The notes under the pieces are model-generated. The model was not told where the DNA came from. It did not search any database and saw only the letters and a list, made by a program, of their open reading frames with translations. The position numbers and the translations under genes are program-made. From the NCBI GenBank assembly GCA_910586015.1, contig CAJUGJ010000013.1, positions 24,578 through 88,577 of the forward strand: 64,000 nucleotides of DNA, read 5' to 3'. This document shows, one piece after another, positions 19,185 through 27,831 of this stretch (position 1 is the stretch's first letter; the number at the start of each line of letters is the position of its first letter). The DNA comes from an uncultured Lachnospiraceae bacterium (lineage in GTDB: Bacteria; Bacillota; Clostridia; Lachnospirales; Lachnospiraceae).

Positions 19185-19231
19185 TTTTTCTCCTGTAGAA
19201 GAGAAAAATAGAAATGGAGGTGAAAAGATCA

Positions 19232-20146
19232 ATGAATAAATTTCTGCATAAGATGGAGAGAAAATTTGGACGATATGCTATTCAAAATCTTTCTTTAGCA
19301 CTGATTTTGTGTTATGGGGCAGGATATCTTATCAAAATTTTAAATCCAGCTTTTTTAAATTATCTTACCCTAAATCCCTATCAGATTCTACATGGACAGA
19401 TCTGGAGACTTGTCACATGGATTATGATTCCTCCTTCGGAATTGAATCTGTTCACATTATTTATGTTGTATTTTTATTATTCCATTGGAACAAATTTAGA
19501 AAGAACATGGGGAGCCTTTCGTTATAATGTATATTTGTTTTCAGGAATGATATTTACAGTTTTGGGAAGTTTTATATTGTATGCTATTTTAAATGTTCAG
19601 GATGCACAAATTATTCAACAGATGGGAGCAGAAGGCTATTTTGGAACATTAGGAAGAATTTATTTTGCACAGTTTAGTACGTATTATGTCAATATGTCAA
19701 TCTTTTTGGCGTTTGCTGCTACATTTCCAAATGTTCAGGTTTTATTAATGTTTATTATTCCAATTAAAATTAAGGTTTTAGGTATTATTTATGCTGTTAT
19801 GTTAATCTATGAATTGGTTATTTCGAATCTTCCAATTCGAGTAATTATTTTGGCATCTCTGTTTAATTTTATTGTATTCTTTTTTACAACAAGAAATTAT
19901 AAGCAGATTTCACCGAAAGAAATACACCGAAAGAGAGCATTTAAACAGGCTGTTCGTCATAGTGGAATGGAGAATGTAACTCAAGTAGGAGGTAAAAGTG
20001 TAGTAACAAGACATAAATGTGCAATCTGCGGCAGGACAGAGTTAGATGACGATACATTAGAATTTCGGTTTTGTTCTAAATGTGAAGGAAATTATGAATA
20101 TTGTATGGATCATCTGTATACCCATGAACATGTACACAAAAGGTAA
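19232..20146 (+). CDS. Polytopic membrane protein, rhomboid-like fold without evident catalytic Ser/His, with C-terminal Cys/His zinc-ribbon-like tail
   Basis: GQIWRLVTW...IGTNLERTWG resembles the rhomboid L1/TM2 motif. The C-terminus reads CAICG...CSKCEG...C..H..HEH. Start chosen at ATG 19232 (SD GGAGGTG); the ORF opens at 19214. Confidence 0.5.
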   Translation: MNKFLHKMERKFGRYAIQNLSLALILCYGAGYLIKILNPAFLNYLTLNPYQILHGQIWRLVTWIMIPPSELNLFTLFMLYFYYSIGTNLERTWGAFRYNVYLFSGMIFTVLGSFILYAILNVQDAQIIQQMGAEGYFGTLGRIYFAQFSTYYVNMSIFLAFAATFPNVQVLLMFIIPIKIKVLGIIYAVMLIYELVISNLPIRVIILASLFNFIVFFFTTRNYKQISPKEIHRKRAFKQAVRHSGMENVTQVGGKSVVTRHKCAICGRTELDDDTLEFRFCSKCEGNYEYCMDHLYTHEHVHKR

Positions 20147-20169
20147 CAGAGATCGGATTAGGAGAAAAA

Positions 20170-21609
20170 ATGGAGTCAATGAAAAAGAAAACAAAGATTG
20201 TCTGTACACTTGGTCCTTCTACAGCTTCTGAAGAAGTTTTAAGAAAACTGATTGAGAATGGGATGGATGTTGCCAGAATGAATTTTTCACATGGAGATCA
20301 TGAAAGCCATGGAGAAGAAATTCGAAAGATTAAAAAATTAAGACAAGAGATGAATGTTCCAGTTGCAATCCTTTTAGATACAAAAGGACCAGAAATACGA
20401 ACTGGAGTTGCAAAAGATGAAAAATCATATACATTAGTAAAGGGCAATCAAGTTACAATCACAACAAGAGATGTTGTCTGTGATAGCAAAACAATTAGTG
20501 TTACGTATGAAGACCTACCAAAAGATGTAAGTGTAGGAGGAACGATTTTAATTTCGGATGGATTGATTGAATTAAAGATTCTCTCCATTGAGGGAACAGA
20601 AATTTTATGTGAAGTATTAAATGGAGGAGAATTAAGTAGCCGAAAAGGAGTGAATGTCCCAAATGTAAAACTAAATCTTCCTGCAATTACAAATCAGGAC
20701 AGAGAGGACATTATCTTTGGAATTAATGAAGGAGTAGATTTTATTGCAGCTTCCTTTATTCGTAATGCAGAAGCAATTCGAGAGATCCGTAAAATTTTAA
20801 AAGAAAGCAATTCCGATATTGCAATCATTGCCAAGATTGAAAATATGGAAGGTGTAGAGAATTTAGATGAAATTATTGCTGAGTCGGATGGAATTATGGT
20901 GGCAAGAGGAGATCTAGGTGTAGAAGTAGAGACACAACGACTTCCATTTTTACAAAAGACTATGATTGAAAAATGTAATGCAGCATTTAAGTTAGTCATT
21001 ACAGCAACACAAATGTTAGATTCTATGATTCGCAATCCAAGACCAACTAGAGCAGAAGTATCCGATGTTGCAAATGCGATTTATGATGGAACAGATGCAA
21101 TTATGTTATCAGGAGAAACTGCTGCGGGAAAATATCCAATTGAAGCAGTAAAGATGATGGCAGAGATCGCAATAGAAACAGAACAGCATTTAGAATATAC
21201 GTCATTAAGTAAAGCAAGAATGATAAGTACCATTAAACAAAAAGAGGCAGTATCTTCTGCAATTAGTTACTCCGCAGTTGCTACAGCACAGCGACTTGGT
21301 GCGAAATTAATTATTGCTTCTAGTTTTTCTGGATATACGACAAGAGTAGTTTCTAAATTTAAACCAGCTGCAAATATTATTGGATTATCTCCTCTTGATC
21401 GCACTCTTTATAAAATGCAGCTTTATTGGGGAGTAAAACCTGTTAAGGTACAAGAAGTTAATTCCACCGATCAACTTTTAGAGGAAGCAGTAAAAACAGT
21501 AAAAGATCATGAACTTGCAAAAGAAGGAGATATTTTAATTTTAACTGCAGGAGTTCCAGCTGGAAAAACAGGTGTTACGAATATGATTAAGGCGGTTACT
21601 GTAGAATAA
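20170..21609 (+). CDS. pyk: Pyruvate kinase
   Basis: KTKIVCTLGPS, MNFSHG and MVARGDLGVE motifs, about 480 aa. Confidence 0.95.
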   Translation: MESMKKKTKIVCTLGPSTASEEVLRKLIENGMDVARMNFSHGDHESHGEEIRKIKKLRQEMNVPVAILLDTKGPEIRTGVAKDEKSYTLVKGNQVTITTRDVVCDSKTISVTYEDLPKDVSVGGTILISDGLIELKILSIEGTEILCEVLNGGELSSRKGVNVPNVKLNLPAITNQDREDIIFGINEGVDFIAASFIRNAEAIREIRKILKESNSDIAIIAKIENMEGVENLDEIIAESDGIMVARGDLGVEVETQRLPFLQKTMIEKCNAAFKLVITATQMLDSMIRNPRPTRAEVSDVANAIYDGTDAIMLSGETAAGKYPIEAVKMMAEIAIETEQHLEYTSLSKARMISTIKQKEAVSSAISYSAVATAQRLGAKLIIASSFSGYTTRVVSKFKPAANIIGLSPLDRTLYKMQLYWGVKPVKVQEVNSTDQLLEEAVKTVKDHELAKEGDILILTAGVPAGKTGVTNMIKAVTVE

Positions 21610-21621
21610 GAGGATGAGGAC

Positions 21622-22839
21622 ATGAGTTGGCTATTACTAGCAGACGGAAAGGAGTTTATAAGGGGGAAGTGGAAAATGGGATGTCTGTTTTTGCTGCTTT
21701 TTGCAGTATTTACAGGCATTTCATTATATGTGTTTACCTCATCAGACAAGAAAAATCAAAAATTAGAGAGAATTCAAATTGGAATTGTTAATTATGATAC
21801 TTCTGAATATTCAAAATTGCTTTTAAGCTTTTTTGACGGGAATGAGGCAGTTCAAAATTATGTAGAAATTCAACATGGAACAAAGGAAGAATTAGAAACA
21901 CTTCTTTTACAAAATAAATTGCAAGTATTGTTAATTGTACCAGAAAATTTTGTACAAGATATGATAAAGATTGAAAATACTCCTCTACAGATTTTATTAA
22001 ATATTGAAGATAAGACAAAGGCTCTTTTAATGAAAAATCTACTAGAAGGATATGAAAAGTTTGTTTCTGCTGTAGAAATTAATTGCGTTACACTATATGA
22101 GGTTATGGAACAAGACGGTTTGCAAAGAGATCTGATTGATAGGAAAAATGTCGAAATTTCGTTAGCATTAATTACTACTATAGTAAATAAAAATGATCTG
22201 TTTGCTCACTTAGAAATAAATAATTTAAAACGAGTTCCATTAGTTATATTTTACCTTCATGTAATTTTTTTGTTACTTACCATGTATTTGGCAGCAGGGT
22301 GCGGAGAAAAAATTTTACAAGAACAAAGAACAGGACTTTTTGCTAGACTTTTGAGCACAGGTATAGTGCCTTCTCTTTTTTATTTAGAAAAAAGTCTACT
22401 ATTTATGATTATTTCTTTTGTTCCAGGATTTTTTTGTTATTTTACGCAATTTATATTATCGAAAGGAACTCTTCCAATAGAAGGATTTTTACTTTGGATT
22501 GTAGCAGCACTTTTTTTTAGTGTATTTAGTTTTTTTTTAAGTGGGTTTTTTAAAAGTGAACAACAATATATAACAGCATTTTATCTTATTATTTTCTTTT
22601 TGACTGTTTTAGGTGGTGGAATTATTCCATTTTTATATCTGCCAGAGTCAATGACAAAAATTGCAGAAAAGACACCATTATATTGGATTGTAAAACAGAT
22701 GAATTCCTTGATATTAGGAGAAGTGCCGATTGAATTTTGGAACATAGTCAAAGTTTTATTGGCAGGTATTATACTGTTTTGGTTTGCTGGAATAGCACTA
22801 CAAAAAGGAAAGGGGAGAAAAAGTTATGAAGAACTCTAA
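21622..22839 (+). CDS. ABC-2-type transporter permease-like membrane protein
   Basis: N-terminal TM, large extracytoplasmic loop, and a C-terminal 5-TM bundle typical of ABC-2 permeases. Confidence 0.6.
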   Translation: MSWLLLADGKEFIRGKWKMGCLFLLLFAVFTGISLYVFTSSDKKNQKLERIQIGIVNYDTSEYSKLLLSFFDGNEAVQNYVEIQHGTKEELETLLLQNKLQVLLIVPENFVQDMIKIENTPLQILLNIEDKTKALLMKNLLEGYEKFVSAVEINCVTLYEVMEQDGLQRDLIDRKNVEISLALITTIVNKNDLFAHLEINNLKRVPLVIFYLHVIFLLLTMYLAAGCGEKILQEQRTGLFARLLSTGIVPSLFYLEKSLLFMIISFVPGFFCYFTQFILSKGTLPIEGFLLWIVAALFFSVFSFFLSGFFKSEQQYITAFYLIIFFLTVLGGGIIPFLYLPESMTKIAEKTPLYWIVKQMNSLILGEVPIEFWNIVKVLLAGIILFWFAGIALQKGKGRKSYEEL

Positions 22840-23968
22840 ACTTTTTTGGTTTTTTTATGATTTTTTCCTTCAAATGCAGTTACGACTGCGACTTTTTGTA
22901 AGAAATCGAATGATATGTGCAGTGATTTTTCTAGCGGCAATCAGTTTTTTTCTTTTGATTCGTGATTTTAACCTACAGGCACAAAATAGAGCCGCCATTC
23001 CCATTGGAGTGGTAAATGAGGATCAAATAGATCATACCCCAACAACAGCTTCTACACAATTACTTCATGGACTATCAGAAAGTTCTTCTCTTTTAGTCTA
23101 TGAAGGAACACAAAATGAGTTAGAGGAATTATTGTATGATGGATATATCAACTGTATCTTTGTAATAAAACAAGGATATGAAAAGCGACTATTAGCAGGA
23201 GAAACAAAAGAACTGATTACTGTTTATGAGGGACAAGATGACTCACTAGCAATGATTATTTCAGATATAGTAGCAGGTGAGATGATGTATCAGATCTGTC
23301 TTGCAAGAGGAATTCAGATCTATCAAAATATTCCACCCGGAGAAAATGGAAAGCATAGTTATAAAGAGTATCAACAATATGCCAAACAACTATTAGAGTC
23401 TGAAAAATTTGACTATTCCTTTTCTATTATATATGTAGATACTGGACAAATAGTTCAGGAAAAAAAGGAATTGAATAATAGTTTGTTATATCGACAAATC
23501 CTTGCAGGAATTGCAGCAATGTTTTATTCTTTCGTAATTTTATCTATATTTTATCAGATAGTAAAAGAAAAGGAGCAAGGATTATGGATCCGCAGAAAGT
23601 TAACAAAAATGCAGGAGATAGCACAAAATTTAGGAGATCTTTGTTCAGCAGAGATATTATTATCAGGACTAAGTGTTATTTTTTCTTTTTGTATTGCTTT
23701 TTATTTAGATAAAATGTCTATTTTTTTCAGTCTATGGTTAAGTTCCATGTTTTATAATTTAGTCATTGGAATTCTTTTTTTATTGCTTGCAAGAAAGATT
23801 CATCAAGCATCTTTATATCAGCTTATAGGAATAAGTTTTGTTGCAGTCTTTGGAGTTGCAGGTTTTTGTACTATGATAGAGGGAATTTTAATTCCAAAAA
23901 TAAATTTGCTTCATCTAATTCCAAATACATGGTTAATTAAAAGGATAGGAGAACAGCTTTTATCATAA
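22826..23968 (+). CDS. ABC-2-type transporter permease-like membrane protein (paralogous architecture)
   Basis: Same topology as the preceding ORF. 14-nt overlap with it. Confidence 0.55.
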   Translation: MKNSKLFWFFYDFFLQMQLRLRLFVRNRMICAVIFLAAISFFLLIRDFNLQAQNRAAIPIGVVNEDQIDHTPTTASTQLLHGLSESSSLLVYEGTQNELEELLYDGYINCIFVIKQGYEKRLLAGETKELITVYEGQDDSLAMIISDIVAGEMMYQICLARGIQIYQNIPPGENGKHSYKEYQQYAKQLLESEKFDYSFSIIYVDTGQIVQEKKELNNSLLYRQILAGIAAMFYSFVILSIFYQIVKEKEQGLWIRRKLTKMQEIAQNLGDLCSAEILLSGLSVIFSFCIAFYLDKMSIFFSLWLSSMFYNLVIGILFLLLARKIHQASLYQLIGISFVAVFGVAGFCTMIEGILIPKINLLHLIPNTWLIKRIGEQLLS

Positions 23969-23986
23969 TTGTCTAGGGAGGATATT

Positions 23987-25405
23987 ATGGAATCTGAACG
24001 AAAGTTAAAGAGGGCATTAAAGAGTGGAAAAGATTTAGAACAGTATCTGCCAGCTTTTTTACAAGAATGTGCATCGACAAATCAGATGTATGCAGGAATG
24101 AGCTTTATTATACATTATTATAATCTCTATGAAGCGATTTTGGATAAAGAATGGACTTTAGAAAAAGAAAAAAAAGAATATGTCAAAAAGCTAAATGATT
24201 TGATTTCGGAAAATTTATTGGAAACTTTTGATGGAAACAAAAGAGAGAGTGCAATAAAAACAATTCATCAAATACGAATAGAGATTACAAAGAAAATGCA
24301 GATCTTAACAACTTATACAGATCGTTTTTTACTCTATGAGTATGTTTTAAATCGGTTAGAACTAAGATTTGAAGATCATTTAGAAGAAGTGAATGACGAA
24401 GCTTTTTCACAGGAGTTATTGACATATATTTTTGATACAAAAGATAATGTAGTGATTAACAGAAAGATTCAAGAGATGCTTTCCCAGCTTCCAGTACGTA
24501 TGACAAAGGGAAGATTTTTTGATTTATTAAGAGGAAGTCTTTCAATCTATTTAGAAATGGACGTAGATGCGGTAGAAGATTACATTTATATGCTTCGGTG
24601 TGCAGCAGGCATTTATTATGTAAAAGAGGAAAAAGAGTATTATCCAACATTAAGCAAAACACTTACCCTGTTTAAAATGGAAGATTATAGGGAATTATCT
24701 AAAGAGAATTATGAACTACTTTCACAAGAACTAAAAACAGCAGTAGAACAGGTTACAAAAGAAACAGACTTTTATTATAATTTACAGGAATTATGTAATG
24801 TATTTTATGCTCTTTTATTAAATTATCCATATGCTTCTACAAAAGCTTCACAGATGTTACAAGAACTTCTTCCTGTAATAAAAGAAATTATAACGGAATT
24901 TGAACAGGAAACTTTCAAAAGAATAGAAGAAAGGACAGTAAGATTATTTGAAAAAACAGAAGGAAAGTTAGAGGAATTGGCTCAGTCAGTATTAAAACAG
25001 CAAGGAATTTTAAATGAAATCAAAGAAAGCCATATCTCAAAAGTTAATTCTATGATGTTAGGACAATTATTGGAATGTCTTTTACTTTCTGAGAAGTTAT
25101 TATCCAATAGTCTTTTTGTTGAATTAGATACAAAAGAAAATGTTCAACCAAAAAAGGCAGATAGAGAGTATTTAGAACAACGGATAAAAGAAATTTCGGA
25201 AGAGTTTGCAGAGAAATTAAAAGAACAGCCACAAATTTTAAATCGTGCAATGATGGCGAGAGTTTTAAAGGAAATGCCAGTATTTTTTCAAGATCAAAAA
25301 GAGGTATTAGATTATATTAAAACATCTCTTTCTAGTTGTCGGGATCGAGAGGAAAAGATAGCTAGTATTCGACTGATGAAAGAATTGATGAAAGAGGGAG
25401 TTTAA
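23987..25405 (+). CDS. Hypothetical all-alpha/coiled-coil cytoplasmic protein
   Basis: The ORF opens at 23969, but SD AGGGAGGA precedes ATG 23987. No recognisable domain. Confidence 0.5.
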   Translation: MESERKLKRALKSGKDLEQYLPAFLQECASTNQMYAGMSFIIHYYNLYEAILDKEWTLEKEKKEYVKKLNDLISENLLETFDGNKRESAIKTIHQIRIEITKKMQILTTYTDRFLLYEYVLNRLELRFEDHLEEVNDEAFSQELLTYIFDTKDNVVINRKIQEMLSQLPVRMTKGRFFDLLRGSLSIYLEMDVDAVEDYIYMLRCAAGIYYVKEEKEYYPTLSKTLTLFKMEDYRELSKENYELLSQELKTAVEQVTKETDFYYNLQELCNVFYALLLNYPYASTKASQMLQELLPVIKEIITEFEQETFKRIEERTVRLFEKTEGKLEELAQSVLKQQGILNEIKESHISKVNSMMLGQLLECLLLSEKLLSNSLFVELDTKENVQPKKADREYLEQRIKEISEEFAEKLKEQPQILNRAMMARVLKEMPVFFQDQKEVLDYIKTSLSSCRDREEKIASIRLMKELMKEGV

Positions 25406-25422
25406 AAATCAGAATTTTTATG

Positions 25423-25464
25423 GTATAATGTTGAAACAAAGAAAGAAACAATGTTTCAACTTCT
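25423..25464 (+). repeat. Direct repeat unit 1: TATAAT box + GTTGAAAC/GTTTCAAC hairpin
   Basis: GTATAATGTTGAAACAAAGAAAGAAACAATGTTTCAACTTCT, nested in outer stem AAATCAGAA/TTCTGATTT (25406-25414 / 25461-25469). Confidence 0.8.
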
Positions 25465-25497
25465 GATTTTATGTGCACCAATGTGCACAAAGTTATA

Positions 25498-25535
25498 GTA
25501 TAATGTTGAAACAAAGAAAGAATGTTTCAACTTCT
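25498..25535 (+). repeat. Direct repeat unit 2: TATAAT box + GTTGAAAC/GTTTCAAC hairpin
   Basis: GTATAATGTTGAAACAAAGAAAGAATGTTTCAACTTCT. Identical to unit 1 except for a 4-nt deletion in the loop. Confidence 0.8.
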
Positions 25536-25627
25536 ACCTAGCTTTTAACAAGAAAAATACAAAGATAAAAAAGTATATGATAAAAAAGTAGAAAGGAGAG
25601 GCAAAATATTCAAAAATAAAGATAAGA

Positions 25628-25936
25628 ATGATTATTTGGAGTGAAAATTTAATTTTAGGAGAAACAATAAAAAAGAAACATCGAAAAGTGATCCATGCGA
25701 TCAAGAAAGGACGCTGGATTTCTGGAGTCTATCTGATTGCATATCCGTCTAATCCAGCGAATTTATTGGATCTAATTCCAGCAAAGGAACTTTTATTTCC
25801 GATTTATAAACGCAGTGAGATACATATCCTTGGACTAGCGAACGGAAAAAAGGAGGCGGAGCGGGTAGCAGCCGAAATGATTAAAGAGGTTTATCAAAAG
25901 ACGGGCGGATTTCGGATAAGGGACTATTTTGGCTAG
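25628..25936 (+). CDS. Hypothetical 102-aa protein
   Basis: ORF only. Weak ribosome-binding context and no recognisable domain. Confidence 0.35.
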   Translation: MIIWSENLILGETIKKKHRKVIHAIKKGRWISGVYLIAYPSNPANLLDLIPAKELLFPIYKRSEIHILGLANGKKEAERVAAEMIKEVYQKTGGFRIRDYFG

Positions 25937-25966
25937 AGACCGCAGAAAGGTTATGGAAAGGCGGAA

Positions 25967-27007
25967 ATGCTTACTATCATCGGACAAATATTACGAATTA
26001 TAGGCATAGGATTGGCAGGTTTAGCAGGTATTCTGCTGTTATTTGTGCTGCTCGTACTCTTTGTTCCTTTACGTTACCGTGGCACACTGTCAAAAAAAAC
26101 AGAGGGACAACAGGTAGATATTCGTATAGGATGGCTATTTCGGCTATTGTCTGCAAGAGTTTATTGGACAGGAGAAAAGCCTAAAATTACATTGCGGATT
26201 GCTGGAATTACCCTTTTCGACAGTACAAAGCCAAAAAAACAAAAAAAATTAAAAGATACAAAAGAACTTTATATAGAAAAAAAAGAAGACATACAACAAA
26301 TACAACCAGAAATCACTGAAATGAATACAGAAAAACAAGAACCAGAGAAACAAGATCCGATTTCTGAGTCTATGTCTTTAGAAGAAAATAACATAAAAGA
26401 AGATAACATAGAAGAAGATAACGTAGAAGAGCTAGAAATATCAGAAATGAAATCACAAGGATGGAAAGTTTGGAATCTTCTAAAACGGTTGAAAGACTGG
26501 ATCTGTTCTAAGGTGATATGGATAAAAAATCAAATTCGGTTTATCCTATCTTTGATATGGTCAGGAATAGATTTTTTAATGAATCTAAAAAAACGCCTGA
26601 AAGAGTCTATAGGAAAAGTAGGTAAACTTAGAACAAAAGCAGGATTAATACAAACATTTTTTAGAGAGAGTAATAACCGAACTGGAATTAAGGCGGTTTT
26701 GGGAATACTAAAAATGGTAGGGAAACATGTTTTACCTACTAAACTTTCAGGAAGCGTTGTATTTGGAACAGGGGATGCCTATTCGACAGCACAAATATTG
26801 GTTTATACAGCAATGTTTTATGGACTTTATGCAAGTAATTTTGACCTTCAGGCAGATTTTGAACAAAAGCGTCTGGAAGTTGAGATAAAATTAAAGGGAA
26901 GAATAAGACCTTTTAAGCTTTTACTTTATCTCTTCAAGTTATGGAGAACAGCAGAGTTTAAACAATTATTACGAAATATAAAGAAGTTAAAGGAGGAACT
27001 GTTATAA
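25967..27007 (+). CDS. DUF2953-like membrane-anchored protein (YtfI-like, sporulation-associated)
   Basis: N-terminal TM, charged E/K-rich linker, and a position immediately upstream of (overlapping) a ytfJ/gerW homolog, as in the Bacillus ytfIJ operon. Confidence 0.55.
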   Translation: MLTIIGQILRIIGIGLAGLAGILLLFVLLVLFVPLRYRGTLSKKTEGQQVDIRIGWLFRLLSARVYWTGEKPKITLRIAGITLFDSTKPKKQKKLKDTKELYIEKKEDIQQIQPEITEMNTEKQEPEKQDPISESMSLEENNIKEDNIEEDNVEELEISEMKSQGWKVWNLLKRLKDWICSKVIWIKNQIRFILSLIWSGIDFLMNLKKRLKESIGKVGKLRTKAGLIQTFFRESNNRTGIKAVLGILKMVGKHVLPTKLSGSVVFGTGDAYSTAQILVYTAMFYGLYASNFDLQADFEQKRLEVEIKLKGRIRPFKLLLYLFKLWRTAEFKQLLRNIKKLKEELL

Positions 27008-27432
27008 TGGCAGATCAAAATTTCAGTGCAACAGCGGAAGCGTTATTTAAAGGAATGGATGCCTTTTTAACTACAAAAACAGTTGTTGGAGAAGCAGTAA
27101 AATTTGAAGATGGAACAATAATCCTTCCTTTTGTAGATGTTAGTTTTGCAGTAGGAGCAGGAGCATTTGTTAAATCTGACAAAAATAATTCCGGTGGGGC
27201 AATGACTGGAAAAATGTCACCGAGCTCTGTTCTTGTTATTCAAAACGGACATACAAGATTAGTAAACGTAAAGAATCAAGATACTATTACAAAGTTGTTG
27301 GATATGGTTCCAGATGTGATTGATAAGTTTACTCAAGCACCAGAGGAAAAACAACAAAATGCAGATATGGACGCAAAGGCAGCAGAGGTATTTGAACAAA
27401 AAGAATCTACAAAAGAGGAAGAAAATCAATAG
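27007..27432 (+). CDS. ytfJ: GerW/YtfJ-family sporulation protein
   Basis: LTTKTVVGEAV...DGTIILPFVDVSFAVGAGA...GGAMTGKMSP pattern typical of YtfJ/GerW. SD AAGGAGG upstream. Confidence 0.8.
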   Translation: MADQNFSATAEALFKGMDAFLTTKTVVGEAVKFEDGTIILPFVDVSFAVGAGAFVKSDKNNSGGAMTGKMSPSSVLVIQNGHTRLVNVKNQDTITKLLDMVPDVIDKFTQAPEEKQQNADMDAKAAEVFEQKESTKEEENQ

Positions 27433-27465
27433 AAAAGGGATTTTGAGAAAATTATAAATTTCTTC

Positions 27466-27494
27466 TTGCATTTTGTTTCTGCTTCTGATAGAAT
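27466..27494 (+). promoter_or_regulatory. Candidate sigma-A promoter for rpmB
   Basis: TTGCAT (27466-27471), a 17-nt spacer, and TAGAAT (27489-27494). Confidence 0.5.
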
Positions 27495-27552
27495 GAATGT
27501 GTTTGTGGACTATATTGTCCTAGAGTGTAATGGATGTAAGGAGGTGCTTTCG

Positions 27553-27750
27553 TTGGCAAGATGTGCAATTTGTGATAAAGGAGCTCATTTTGGAAGATCA
27601 GTTAGCCATACCAGAAGTAATGTTTCTGGAAGATCAAACAAAATGTGGAAATCCAATGTAAAATCAGTTCGTGTTAAAGTAAATGGAGCAACAAAGAAAA
27701 TGTATGTTTGTACTTCCTGTTTAAGAGCCGGTAAAGTAGAACGTGCTTAG
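27553..27750 (+). CDS. rpmB: 50S ribosomal protein L28
   Basis: (M)ARCAICDKGAHFGRSVSHTRSNVSGRSNKMWKSNVKSVRV... TTG start at 27553 after SD AAGGAGGTG. The listed ORF 27466.. is an upstream extension. Confidence 0.9.
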   Translation: MARCAICDKGAHFGRSVSHTRSNVSGRSNKMWKSNVKSVRVKVNGATKKMYVCTSCLRAGKVERA

Positions 27751-27766
27751 AGAAAAAGAATGTACT

Positions 27767-27792
27767 GGGTGTCAAGTGTTGACACCCTTTTC
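27767..27792 (+). terminator. Rho-independent terminator after rpmB
   Basis: GGGTGTCAA-GTG-TTGACACCC followed by TTTTC. Confidence 0.75.
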
Positions 27793-27831
27793 TTATGGAA
27801 TAAAATATTTATATAAAGAGGAACTTTTTTG

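Noticed and set aside
25428-25539. Two 12-codon ORFs starting at the ATG inside each TATAATG repeat (MLKQRKKQCFNF*, MLKQRKNVSTST*).
   Set aside because: Neither has an SD. If TATAAT is a -10 box, the ATG would lie upstream of the transcription start. The peptides diverge after 6 aa because of the loop indel, which argues that the nucleotide hairpin, not a peptide, is conserved.
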